DNA of 64,000 bases from contig CAVYTA010000001.1 of the NCBI GenBank assembly GCA_963771355.1, positions 160,001-224,000 on the forward strand. Direction: 5' to 3'. Position numbers and translations under genes: made by a program. The DNA is from an uncultured Candidatus Rokubacteria bacterium (GTDB lineage Bacteria > Methylomirabilota > Methylomirabilia > Rokubacteriales > CSP1-6). Numbering within the stretch: position 1 is the first letter of the stretch; the number at the start of each line of letters is the position of its first letter. The notes below the pieces were generated by a model. It saw nothing but the letters and a program-made list of their open reading frames with translations, was not told where the DNA came from and searched no databases. Positions 16,732 through 24,806 of the stretch are shown piece after piece.

Positions 16732-18907
16732 GCTTGACCTCCTCGAGCTTGGACTTCACCTCGCGCAGCTCGTTGACGTCCTCCACCAGCCCCTTGGGGC
16801 AGGAGTTGCCGCTGATCACCCGCTCCCAGCCTTTGGCGAGCGGCAGCTTGCTCCACGGGCGGCCCTGCGCCCCGGGGAGCTGGACGTCGATGAAGGTGCG
16901 CGTGCAGTTGATCGGGCACCACTTGCAGACGGTCTCCGCCGCGGTCGTGCTCGTGTAGGTGAGGGCGGCGATGGCCTCGAAGCCGCGGAAGCGGCTGCTC
17001 GCGGCCTTCGCGCGCCAGTCCGCCGCACAGAGGGCGGCGCCGATGGCCCCCGCCTCGCCGGAGTAGGGGTGGAGCACCACGTCGGCGTCCGGCACTTTGC
17101 CGCGGATGAAATCCACCTGGGCCTTCACCACCGCCATGTTCCGGTGGGTGCCGCCCTGGAGCACGAACTTGCGCCCGACGGATCGAAGATTCTGCAATTG
17201 ACCGGCGTAGATCCACACGTTGATGGGCAGCACCGCGGCCAGCGCGGCCATGATCTCCTCGGCCGCCCAGCCCTTGCGCTGCTGGTTCACGATGTCGGAC
17301 TGGAGGAACACGCCGCAGCCCATGGCCAGGGTCGGCATGGCCTTGGCCTCGAACGCGCGGTCGGCATAGGCCTCGAGGGGGATCGAGTAGCGCTCGGCCA
17401 CCCCCTGGAGGAAGGCGCCGTTCCCGGACGAGCACTGGGAGTTCAGCCGGAAGTCGGCCACCGTGCCCTGGCGCAGGATCATGATCTTGACGTCGGTGCC
17501 GCCCACGTCGCAGATCACGTCGGCGTCCGGGAAGAAGTGGAGCGTCCCCGTGGCATGCGCCACCGTCTCCACCACCGCCATGTCGGCGCCCAGCACGTCC
17601 TTGAGGAGATCCTTGCCGTAGCCGGTCAGCGCGAGCCCCGCCACCTCGCTGAAGCCCGCCTCCCGCACCTGCTTGAAGAGCGACTGGGCGTCCTCGATGG
17701 GATTGCCCTTGGACAGCGCATAGCAGGAGAAGAGGAGCTCGCGCTCAGGCGAGAGCACCACCGCCTTCGCGGTGGTGCTGCCGAAGTCGCAGCCCACGAG
17801 CACCGGGCCCGCGTGGACGGGCGCGACTTCCACGGGCGGCGCGGACGCGCCGGGACGCTTGAGGTCGTACGCAGAGACGAAGGCCTCGAGGTCGCTGGCG
17901 CAGGAGACCAGGGCCTTGCCGCCGGCCTTGGCCTTCTGCTCGGCCTGGCCCTCGTCCACCCACCAGCGCAGCTTGTCCCGTCCCTGGTAGACGGCCACCC
18001 CCTCGGGCTCGCCCTGGCCGATCTCCACGCAGCCCATGCAGGCGTAGTAGAGCGCCTCCTTGGGCACCACGATGCAGTCGGTGGGCGTGCGGCCCTCGGG
18101 GAGCGTGATCTTGCGCTGCTCCCAGAGCTTGGCCAGGTGATGCCGCCACGCCTCCTGGAGCCCCCGGAAGAAGAGGTTGGGCCCGCCCAGCAGCAAGACC
18201 TCCGGCGAGGGCGTATTCCCCTTGGTGAGCGTGGCGAGGTTCTGGTAGACCACCGCCTCGAAGAGGCTGGCAATGATCTCCTCCACCGGCACCCCCGTCT
18301 TCACGAGGGTGTTCGCGTCCGTCTCGGCGAAGATGCCGCACTTGCTGCTGACCTTGTGGAGGCTCATGCCCTCGTAGGGCATGTCGGCCAGCCGCTCGCT
18401 GGCCACGGAGAGCTTGCGCGCGGTCTTCTCGATGAAGGTACCGGTGCCGCCGCTGCACGCGGACTGCATGTAGACCTGCTTGGACTTCCCGGCGCCGCTG
18501 GGCGTGAAGAAGATGGTCTTCATGTCCTCGCCGCCGATCTCGGACACGAAGCGCACGTCGGGGTGCTGCCGCTCCACGCAGGCGGCGACGGCCACCACCT
18601 CCTGGACCATCTTGGCGCCCACCAGCGGACCGAGGAAACCCGCGCCCGAGCCGGTGAAGAACACGCGGTCGCGGCCCACCGTGACCTGCGCTTCCTCCTC
18701 CATACGGCCGAGGAACTCGAGGACCTTCTCCGCCTGGCGGGTATTGTGGCGCTGGTAGTCCTGCCAGATTACCTTTCCTGGCCCCCCTCGCTCCGCTCGG
18801 GAAGCATTTCCATATCCGCTCGCCTCGCCTTCGGCTGCGTCTCGCCCAACTTCGACCACCAAGGCCTTCACCGTGGTGGAGCCGACATCCATGCCGATGT
18901 ATTTCAT
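16649..18907 (-). CDS. BadF/BadG/BcrA/BcrD-type CoA-substrate activase, two ASKHA ATPase domains (PlsA/Ger-like)
   Basis: DVGSTTVK and DFGSTTAK, EIGGED/DVGGTD, and the Cys motifs CSGGTG, CGIFAE, CSSGNG and CKWCPINC. Confidence 0.88.
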   Translation of the reverse strand: MKYIGMDVGSTTVKALVVEVGRDAAEGEASGYGNASRAERGGPGKVIWQDYQRHNTRQAEKVLEFLGRMEEEAQVTVGRDRVFFTGSGAGFLGPLVGAKMVQEVVAVAACVERQHPDVRFVSEIGGEDMKTIFFTPSGAGKSKQVYMQSACSGGTGTFIEKTARKLSVASERLADMPYEGMSLHKVSSKCGIFAETDANTLVKTGVPVEEIIASLFEAVVYQNLATLTKGNTPSPEVLLLGGPNLFFRGLQEAWRHHLAKLWEQRKITLPEGRTPTDCIVVPKEALYYACMGCVEIGQGEPEGVAVYQGRDKLRWWVDEGQAEQKAKAGGKALVSCASDLEAFVSAYDLKRPGASAPPVEVAPVHAGPVLVGCDFGSTTAKAVVLSPERELLFSCYALSKGNPIEDAQSLFKQVREAGFSEVAGLALTGYGKDLLKDVLGADMAVVETVAHATGTLHFFPDADVICDVGGTDVKIMILRQGTVADFRLNSQCSSGNGAFLQGVAERYSIPLEAYADRAFEAKAMPTLAMGCGVFLQSDIVNQQRKGWAAEEIMAALAAVLPINVWIYAGQLQNLRSVGRKFVLQGGTHRNMAVVKAQVDFIRGKVPDADVVLHPYSGEAGAIGAALCAADWRAKAASSRFRGFEAIAALTYTSTTAAETVCKWCPINCTRTFIDVQLPGAQGRPWSKLPLAKGWERVISGNSCPKGLVEDVNELREVKSKLEEVKREYPNVAEMVRTDAFRRPRVESAAAAG
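18779..18847. repeat. Copy of the 62-bp family palindromic element inserted in-frame in the activase CDS
   Basis: TGGCCCCCCTCGCTCCGCTCGGGAA...TATCCGCTCGCCTCGCCTTCGGCTGCGTCTCGCCC matches 3236-3309; 69 nt equals 23 codons. Confidence 0.9.
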
Positions 18908-20466
18908 GCCGCCGCCTTGAGATGCCCCGCCTTGCGTGCGACGTGGAGGACCATGTTGGCCGCCGTCCCCGCGCAACCCATGTGGGGCACCTTGTAGTCG
19001 GCCCGCTTCATCTTCGGGTGCGCCTCGAGGTAGGCGCGGATGGCGTCGAGCGTCATGCCACTCCGGGCCAGCGCCTCATCGAACTCGCGCTGCGCGCGCT
19101 TCTTGGCCTCGGTGAGGATCATCTGGCAACGCGAGAGCGCGTGGACCTCCGCGTCGCCCTTGATCTCGAGCGGCGCGTAGAGGAGGTCGGGGAACTTGCC
19201 GATCACGCCGGACATGGCGCCGATGCTCATGGTGTTCGGCATGCAGGAGTAGGGCGAGAGCTCGCAGATCATGTGGGCCTTCTTCTTGGTATGGGCCCAG
19301 ATGGCCTTGCCGATCAGCATGTCGCCCTCGCCGCCGTCGAGCCGGTGGTTGAAGTAGGGTGCGGCGAGGCGGCGCAGCTCCTTCTGATACGGCAGCTCGT
19401 GGGCGAGGCTGCCCATGGCCCGGCGCAGCCGGCCGAACACGCCGCGGTAGATCGCCTGCACGGCGCGGCCGATGCCCAGCTTGAGGCGGGCGCCGCGCTC
19501 GATACCCGAGTAGTCCTCGAACTTCTGCAGCCCCAGCCGCAGGAGATAGTCCATCCACACCGTGATGCCCGCGGGATAGACCTCGGCGCCCTCCGCCTCC
19601 AGCCAGCGATGGATATTGTAGTTGGGATCGCCCTCCACGGTCTGAAGGTAGAACTCGCCGGTGATCTTCACGGTGGGCTTGGCGCGCAGCCGGTCCAGCT
19701 CGATCGACGCGAACTTCTGCCGGATCGCGCGCATGGCTTTCACGAAGCGCCGGGTGGTGAGGTACCACGCCACCGACTTGTAGGGGCCGAGCTGGGGCCG
19801 GTGGCGGAACGCCTGGTAGAGGAGCTCCACCGACTCCCTCGCCACCGCGTCGGTCGCCCCCGGCACCACCTCGTACGGCCGCACCTGGTACTCGAGGTCC
19901 TGGACCAGATCGGTAGTGAAGATGGCCCACAGGCAGCCGAGGGTCACCGGCAGGTTCAGGTCGATGCCGTCGCCCATGGCCGCCTTCTGGTCGAGCTGGT
20001 CCTGGGCGAGGAGGAACATGCGGAAGGCGTCGAGCCCCGAGTTGCGCAGCGCCAGCTCGTAGCTCTGGTGATACTGGCCGAAGCGGCAGGCTCCGCAGGA
20101 GCCGGCGGTGAGGTAGACGAACTTCTTGTTGACCTCCTCCGCGCCGATCTCCCCTGACTTCTTCTTGAGGACGTTGATCAAGTTGCCGGTGGTGAAGCTG
20201 GTGGGGCAGCACTGGCCGATGTCGGCGACCTCGCGCCCGGTGAGGAGGTCCTCCTTGGTGGCGACGGGCAGCACTTCCGCCTTGTGCCCCCCGCTCTCCA
20301 GCACCGCCTGCAGGATGCGCTCCACGCGCCAGTGCAGGCCCCCAAAGAGAATGGTCACCGAATCGCGCTCCGCGCGTGTGAACGGCTTCGGCGTGTAGGC
20401 TCGGTAGTGCTGCGGGGCGTCGGATCGCTCGGTCGTTGCCGGTCGCTCAGTCGTTGCGGTGGCCAT
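18904..20466 (-). CDS. 2-hydroxyacyl-CoA dehydratase-like Fe-S protein (PlsR-like reductase component)
   Basis: GQCCPTSFTTG, GSCGACRFGQY, TGEFY, GGEG and PYSCMPN motifs. Confidence 0.75.
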   Translation of the reverse strand: MATATTERPATTERSDAPQHYRAYTPKPFTRAERDSVTILFGGLHWRVERILQAVLESGGHKAEVLPVATKEDLLTGREVADIGQCCPTSFTTGNLINVLKKKSGEIGAEEVNKKFVYLTAGSCGACRFGQYHQSYELALRNSGLDAFRMFLLAQDQLDQKAAMGDGIDLNLPVTLGCLWAIFTTDLVQDLEYQVRPYEVVPGATDAVARESVELLYQAFRHRPQLGPYKSVAWYLTTRRFVKAMRAIRQKFASIELDRLRAKPTVKITGEFYLQTVEGDPNYNIHRWLEAEGAEVYPAGITVWMDYLLRLGLQKFEDYSGIERGARLKLGIGRAVQAIYRGVFGRLRRAMGSLAHELPYQKELRRLAAPYFNHRLDGGEGDMLIGKAIWAHTKKKAHMICELSPYSCMPNTMSIGAMSGVIGKFPDLLYAPLEIKGDAEVHALSRCQMILTEAKKRAQREFDEALARSGMTLDAIRAYLEAHPKMKRADYKVPHMGCAGTAANMVLHVARKAGHLKAAA

Positions 20467-20498
20467 GTCGCTCTCCTTTTTGGGCTACTCCGAGCCGC

Positions 20499-21287
20499 TC
20501 AGCTTGCCCGACTGTCCATGTACGCTTCGAGAAGCCGCACGGTCTCGAATCCGGGCAGCCGCCGGATGGTGTCGTCCACCTTGCGGGCCGCCGCCCGCCC
20601 CTCCGACCCGTCGAAGAGATATCGCCCGAGGAACTCGAGTTCCGTGCGCGGCTGTACGCCGCTGCCCACGGGAGCCCAGAAACGGTCAACCAGGGCGCGG
20701 GCGACCCGGGCCACGCCCGGCCGCCGCAGCCGGATCTCGGCCTGGCGATAGTAGAAGAAGAAGTGCCGGGACTCGTCGCGCGTGATGCGCTCGAGAAGAT
20801 CCGCGAGCACGGGGTGCCCGGCGAGGGCCGCCAGCCGGCGATAGCCGGTGAGCGTGGTCAGCTCGTTGATGGCGCCCCAGATCATGTGCACCGCGCAGAA
20901 ATCCGGCCAGGCGCGCGAGAGCAGCGCGGTCAGTCCGGCTTCCAGCCGCTTGCCCAGGGGCTCGCGGCCCCGCGCTCGGGACCGGGCGCTCACCGGGTGG
21001 CCGGCCGCCTCGAGAAACTGTGCCAGCGCCAGGCCGTGGAAGGTCTCCTCGTGAAGCCAGCAGGCCAAGAAGGTGGCCACCTCGGGATCGTCGATGGCGC
21101 GGGTAGCCAGGAGCGAGCGGAGATAGACGATGGTATGGCTCTCGATATCCTGCATGTATCGCAGGGTGCGGGCTGCCTCCGGCGCCAGGCGATGGCGGGG
21201 GACCTCTTCCCATGCGATCGCCGACAGGTCCAGGGCGCCGGAACGGGCCACCCAGGCATCGAGATCGAAGCGCGTCAGGGTCGCCAT
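20499..21287 (-). CDS. Ferritin-like diiron protein (acyl-ACP desaturase-like fold)
   Basis: E, EExxH (EETFH), E and DExRH (DESRH) ligand pattern; start uncertain. Confidence 0.75.
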   Translation of the reverse strand: MATLTRFDLDAWVARSGALDLSAIAWEEVPRHRLAPEAARTLRYMQDIESHTIVYLRSLLATRAIDDPEVATFLACWLHEETFHGLALAQFLEAAGHPVSARSRARGREPLGKRLEAGLTALLSRAWPDFCAVHMIWGAINELTTLTGYRRLAALAGHPVLADLLERITRDESRHFFFYYRQAEIRLRRPGVARVARALVDRFWAPVGSGVQPRTELEFLGRYLFDGSEGRAAARKVDDTIRRLPGFETVRLLEAYMDSRAS

Positions 21288-21397
21288 GTCGTCACCCGGT
21301 ACTACGCTCAGCCCCGGGGCCATGGATGACCACTGTAGCAGTGCGGTCTGCACCCGACTTATCCTCCTGGCGACACCACTACCAGCGCGCGCCCTAC

Positions 21398-22537
21398 CTA
21401 GGACGCGACGGTAGGCTCCGGCTCGTAGGCGTCACGTACCGTCACCGACAGCACGCCCTGGCGGCAGGTGGCCACCGTGTAGGTCGCATAGACTGCCCGG
21501 CACGGGGCGCCCTTGGCCGCGTGCAGCTCGAGCCGCGAGAGATCGCCAATCAGAGAGACGACCGTCTGGACATTGCGCCCGGGGAAGGGATGGGCGCAGA
21601 GGGTATGCGGCGCATTCGCATGGTCGCGATAGAAGCGCTGGACGTCGCTCACGCCGACGGGTCCGTCGGCACCGGTCAAGAGCGTCTCCAGACGCTCCCG
21701 ACGCTTCAACGAGTTCTCGGACGGCGTCTCCCGTCCCTGGAACACCGCCGCCTCGAGGTGGTTGGCGTGGACCAGGAGCCCGTCGCGTCCGTGGATGAGG
21801 CCGGCCTCGCGCCGGAGCAGCTCGGCGTCCACGAACGTGCCCGTTGCGTCGGCGATCAGCAGATTGCGCGAGGCCGCCCGGGGCGGACGCATCGCCGCCT
21901 CCAGTGCTCCCTCCGCCGTCTTCTCGCGGAGGGCCAAGCGGGAGAGCAGATAGCGCGGGAGGCCCTCCCCCCAGCCGCTGGGATCGTCCACGAAATTGGC
22001 GCACACTCCGACTCCGGCTTCGTTCAGCCCAGCATGGCCGAGCAGGCCCGCCGTCGTGTACATCACGGTGGCGGGCGCGTCAGCGGGCTCCTGACGCACG
22101 ATGACGCCGAACTCTTCGAGAAATGGGACAAGGTCCACGTTCTGCCCGAAGAGGACGCCGCCTGCTTCTCCCCGCCGTCCGCCCAGCGCGAAGGTGGTGC
22201 ACTCGCCGGGTGAGGCGGGCGCCGGCGTCGGGCGCTTGGCACGCAGGACCTCCGCGCGCGCCTGGAGCACCAGCAGCTCCGCCACGGGAATGTCCGCGCC
22301 GAGGGCCAGGCCCTGTAGCTCTTCCCACAGGAACGGGGCGTGCTCACGGATGGGCTGCGCATAGGGCTGCGCGGCCGCGATCACCGCGTCGCGCGCGGCG
22401 CCCGTCTCGCGGCACACGTGCGCGATCCACGCCTCCAGGTGCCGGTCGATGAGGGGCGCGAAGACCTGGCCGACCTGCTCGCCCATGGCTCCCCAGGAGC
22501 CGCGGGCGCCGACGAAGGGCAGGATGTCGGGAGCCAT
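21398..22537 (-). CDS. C45 family Ntn-hydrolase/acyltransferase (isopenicillin-N acyltransferase-like)
   Basis: GE-CTTF nucleophile site, GQNVD, GLNEAG and VHANH; real start trimmed from the 755-aa ORF. Confidence 0.85.
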   Translation of the reverse strand: MAPDILPFVGARGSWGAMGEQVGQVFAPLIDRHLEAWIAHVCRETGAARDAVIAAAQPYAQPIREHAPFLWEELQGLALGADIPVAELLVLQARAEVLRAKRPTPAPASPGECTTFALGGRRGEAGGVLFGQNVDLVPFLEEFGVIVRQEPADAPATVMYTTAGLLGHAGLNEAGVGVCANFVDDPSGWGEGLPRYLLSRLALREKTAEGALEAAMRPPRAASRNLLIADATGTFVDAELLRREAGLIHGRDGLLVHANHLEAAVFQGRETPSENSLKRRERLETLLTGADGPVGVSDVQRFYRDHANAPHTLCAHPFPGRNVQTVVSLIGDLSRLELHAAKGAPCRAVYATYTVATCRQGVLSVTVRDAYEPEPTVAS

Positions 22538-22547
22538 GATGGGGCCG

Positions 22548-22576
22548 AGCCTAGCGTGCGGTCGCGTCCACGTCAA
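22548..22576 (-). promoter_or_regulatory. Sigma70-type promoter for the C45 gene
   Basis: TTGACG-N17-TAGGCT on the minus strand, 10 nt before the ATG. Confidence 0.6.
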
Positions 22577-22681
22577 TCGGCGCATGCGCGGGCCGAGATA
22601 TTTCTTTTCCCCGGCGCTATTGGCTGCTAGCATGGTTGCAGATGACCTACGTCGTCTTCGGGTGCCATCGAGGCCCGGGTC

Positions 22682-22978
22682 GTGACGGACTTCCCGCCTG
22701 AGAAGCCCCCTGTAGCGCGTGCCTACTGTCCGGGCTGTGAACCGCTTGCCGACGCCCAGCAAGAAGTCCTCGACGTCCAGTGGTGCGAGGCGCATCTGCC
22801 CGCCCGCGAGGGCGCGGACGACGCCCTCGTGAGCTCGAACGGCACCCTCTTCGGGAGCGCGGAGGCGGGCGGGGATGGCAATCGCCTCTGGTGCGAGCTG
22901 CTGCATCGTCCCGCCGTGCGCCCCGATCGGGCCGCCCGCCCGCGTGGGCGCAGCGGCGAGCGCCACCCCGCTCCCTAG
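22682..22978 (+). CDS. Small hypothetical Cys/His (possible Zn-binding) protein
   Basis: YCPGC...WCEAH...WCELLH; fills the gap between two minus-strand genes. Confidence 0.55.
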   Translation: MTDFPPEKPPVARAYCPGCEPLADAQQEVLDVQWCEAHLPAREGADDALVSSNGTLFGSAEAGGDGNRLWCELLHRPAVRPDRAARPRGRSGERHPAP

Positions 22979-23511
22979 ACGGGCTCCGCGCTCACGAGCA
23001 CGAAGGCCACCCGACAGGGGCGGTCCGACCGATTGCTCCACGCGTGGTTGGTGCCCCGCTGGATGAGGCAGTCTCCCGCGCGCAAGAGCCGTTCGCCCTC
23101 GTCCATCAGGGCCCAGATCTCGCCGTCGACCACCAGCGCATAGTCCACCGTGCTCGTCTTGTGCATCGCGGGATGGCGCGCGGCGCTGGGATCCATCGCA
23201 TGATCCGCGCCCATGGCGCCGAAGAGCTTCTTCCGGTCCGGCGGTGTGCCGCCCGGCCGCTCGGGCGGGAAATCGACCACTCTGAAGATCGTTCCGCGGC
23301 TCGGCGGCTCGAGTACCACGGGCCGCGCCGCGGGATCGGCCGTGCCCACATTGCCGCCCGCGGGCGCGCGGTCGGTGACCCAGAGATCGGTGAGGGCGAG
23401 CCCCGGGACCGCCTCGAGCTCGAGCACGTGAGACGAGGGGCCATCGGTGAGAAAGATGGATTTGCCCTGTGCATTGTGTCCGGTGACGACGCGGCGCATC
23501 GGTCTGGCCAT
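22975..23511 (-). CDS. Cupin domain protein
   Basis: RRVVTGH, MHKTSTVDY and IQRGTNHAWSN motifs. Confidence 0.9.
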   Translation of the reverse strand: MARPMRRVVTGHNAQGKSIFLTDGPSSHVLELEAVPGLALTDLWVTDRAPAGGNVGTADPAARPVVLEPPSRGTIFRVVDFPPERPGGTPPDRKKLFGAMGADHAMDPSAARHPAMHKTSTVDYALVVDGEIWALMDEGERLLRAGDCLIQRGTNHAWSNRSDRPCRVAFVLVSAEPV

Positions 23512-23543
23512 CGATGATCTCCTCGTTCGGGGCCGAGCGGACG

Positions 23544-24716
23544 TCAGACTTCCGCGGTGCGAGGGGCGCGCTCCGCGGCGCGGAAGGCGACGAGTGCCAG
23601 GACGACCGCGGCCATGAGGCCGGCCGCGAAGAAGAGCGGGGCAGCGGGGCTCGCGTAGCGGTCACGCAGCCCTCCGGCCACGCCGGGCATGGCGGCCATG
23701 CTCAGATAGAATACGGTGTAGTAGACGCCGAAGCCCGTCGCCAGCGCCGCCTGGGGCAGGGCCTTGGGGAGGAGCGACATGAGCGCCCCCGGCGCGGCCC
23801 CCGCGAGAACTCCCACGAAGACGCACCAGACCGCGGGGCTGTCGAAGTAGGGGAACGCCAGCATCGCCAGCGCCACGCTGAGGGCGCCGGCCCCGATGAG
23901 GAGGTTGGGCCGGCCGAGTCGGTCGGCCAGGAGCCCGCCCAGCGGGATGGACACGAGGGTCACCCAGATGCCCAGGCTGACGATGGCGCCCGCCGCTCCG
24001 ACCGAGCGCGTGCCCACCGCGAGAAACGCGGGCGCGAAGCTCAGGAAGACCACATAGCTCGCGTTGAACACGCCCCAGCCGAGCCCCCCGATGGTGGCGA
24101 GCGCCAGCTCCCGCGGCGCGAGGCCTGGGATGAGGCGCCCGGCTCCCCCCGTGGGCACGGCGCGCGGATTCCGATAGAAAAGGAGCATGAGGACAAACGC
24201 GACAACGGCCGCGACCACGGTCAGGTGCACCGCTCCCCGCCACGAGTGCTGCGCGGCAACCGTGCCCAGACTCGCCAGGGCCAGGCCCATCCCGATGGGC
24301 CACGACGTGAGCATGACGCCCATGGCGGTCGCGATCTCCTTGCCCTGGAACCAGTCGGCCACCATCTTGGCCAGCAGCACGTTCATGAGGACACCACCGA
24401 TTCCGCTGACGATGCGCCCGGCACTGGCGACGGCGAAGGTGTCGCTGGCCGCCAGGATGAGCCCACCCGCGGCCATCAGCGTGAGTCCGATGAGCACGAG
24501 GCGCCGCTCCCCAAAGCGCGAGCCGAGCATGCCGCCAGGCAGGGCGATCACGCCGCCTGGGAGCAAGTAAAGGCCCATCAGCACCCCGACCTGGCCATAG
24601 CCGACCTGGAAATCGTCGACCAGAAAAGGCGCCACGGAGGCGATGGACTGGAACTGAAACCCCATGGACAACCGGGTGAGGAAAATAATGCCGAGGATGC
24701 CCCAGCGATTGCTCAC
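23544..24716 (-). CDS. MFS transporter
   Basis: Multi-TM protein with GSRFGERR and LADRLGR motifs; start trimmed to GTG 24716. Confidence 0.85.
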   Translation of the reverse strand: MSNRWGILGIIFLTRLSMGFQFQSIASVAPFLVDDFQVGYGQVGVLMGLYLLPGGVIALPGGMLGSRFGERRLVLIGLTLMAAGGLILAASDTFAVASAGRIVSGIGGVLMNVLLAKMVADWFQGKEIATAMGVMLTSWPIGMGLALASLGTVAAQHSWRGAVHLTVVAAVVAFVLMLLFYRNPRAVPTGGAGRLIPGLAPRELALATIGGLGWGVFNASYVVFLSFAPAFLAVGTRSVGAAGAIVSLGIWVTLVSIPLGGLLADRLGRPNLLIGAGALSVALAMLAFPYFDSPAVWCVFVGVLAGAAPGALMSLLPKALPQAALATGFGVYYTVFYLSMAAMPGVAGGLRDRYASPAAPLFFAAGLMAAVVLALVAFRAAERAPRTAEV

Positions 24717-24806
24717 CGGAGGAGAATAACCCGCGCCCTCCCGTATTTGCTTCGAGTAAACAGGAGGGGGTCGCCTCCCGTCTACCCAGTAGGAGGAATG
24801 GGCCAC

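Noticed and set aside
22538..23665. Long N-terminal extension of the C45 ORF (755 aa)
   Set aside because: It overlaps the cupin and the small ORF in other frames; promoter and family start sit at 22537.
23514..24806. N-terminal 430 aa of the 1290-aa ORF
   Set aside because: Antisense to the MFS gene; SD and signal peptide indicate a start near 24807.
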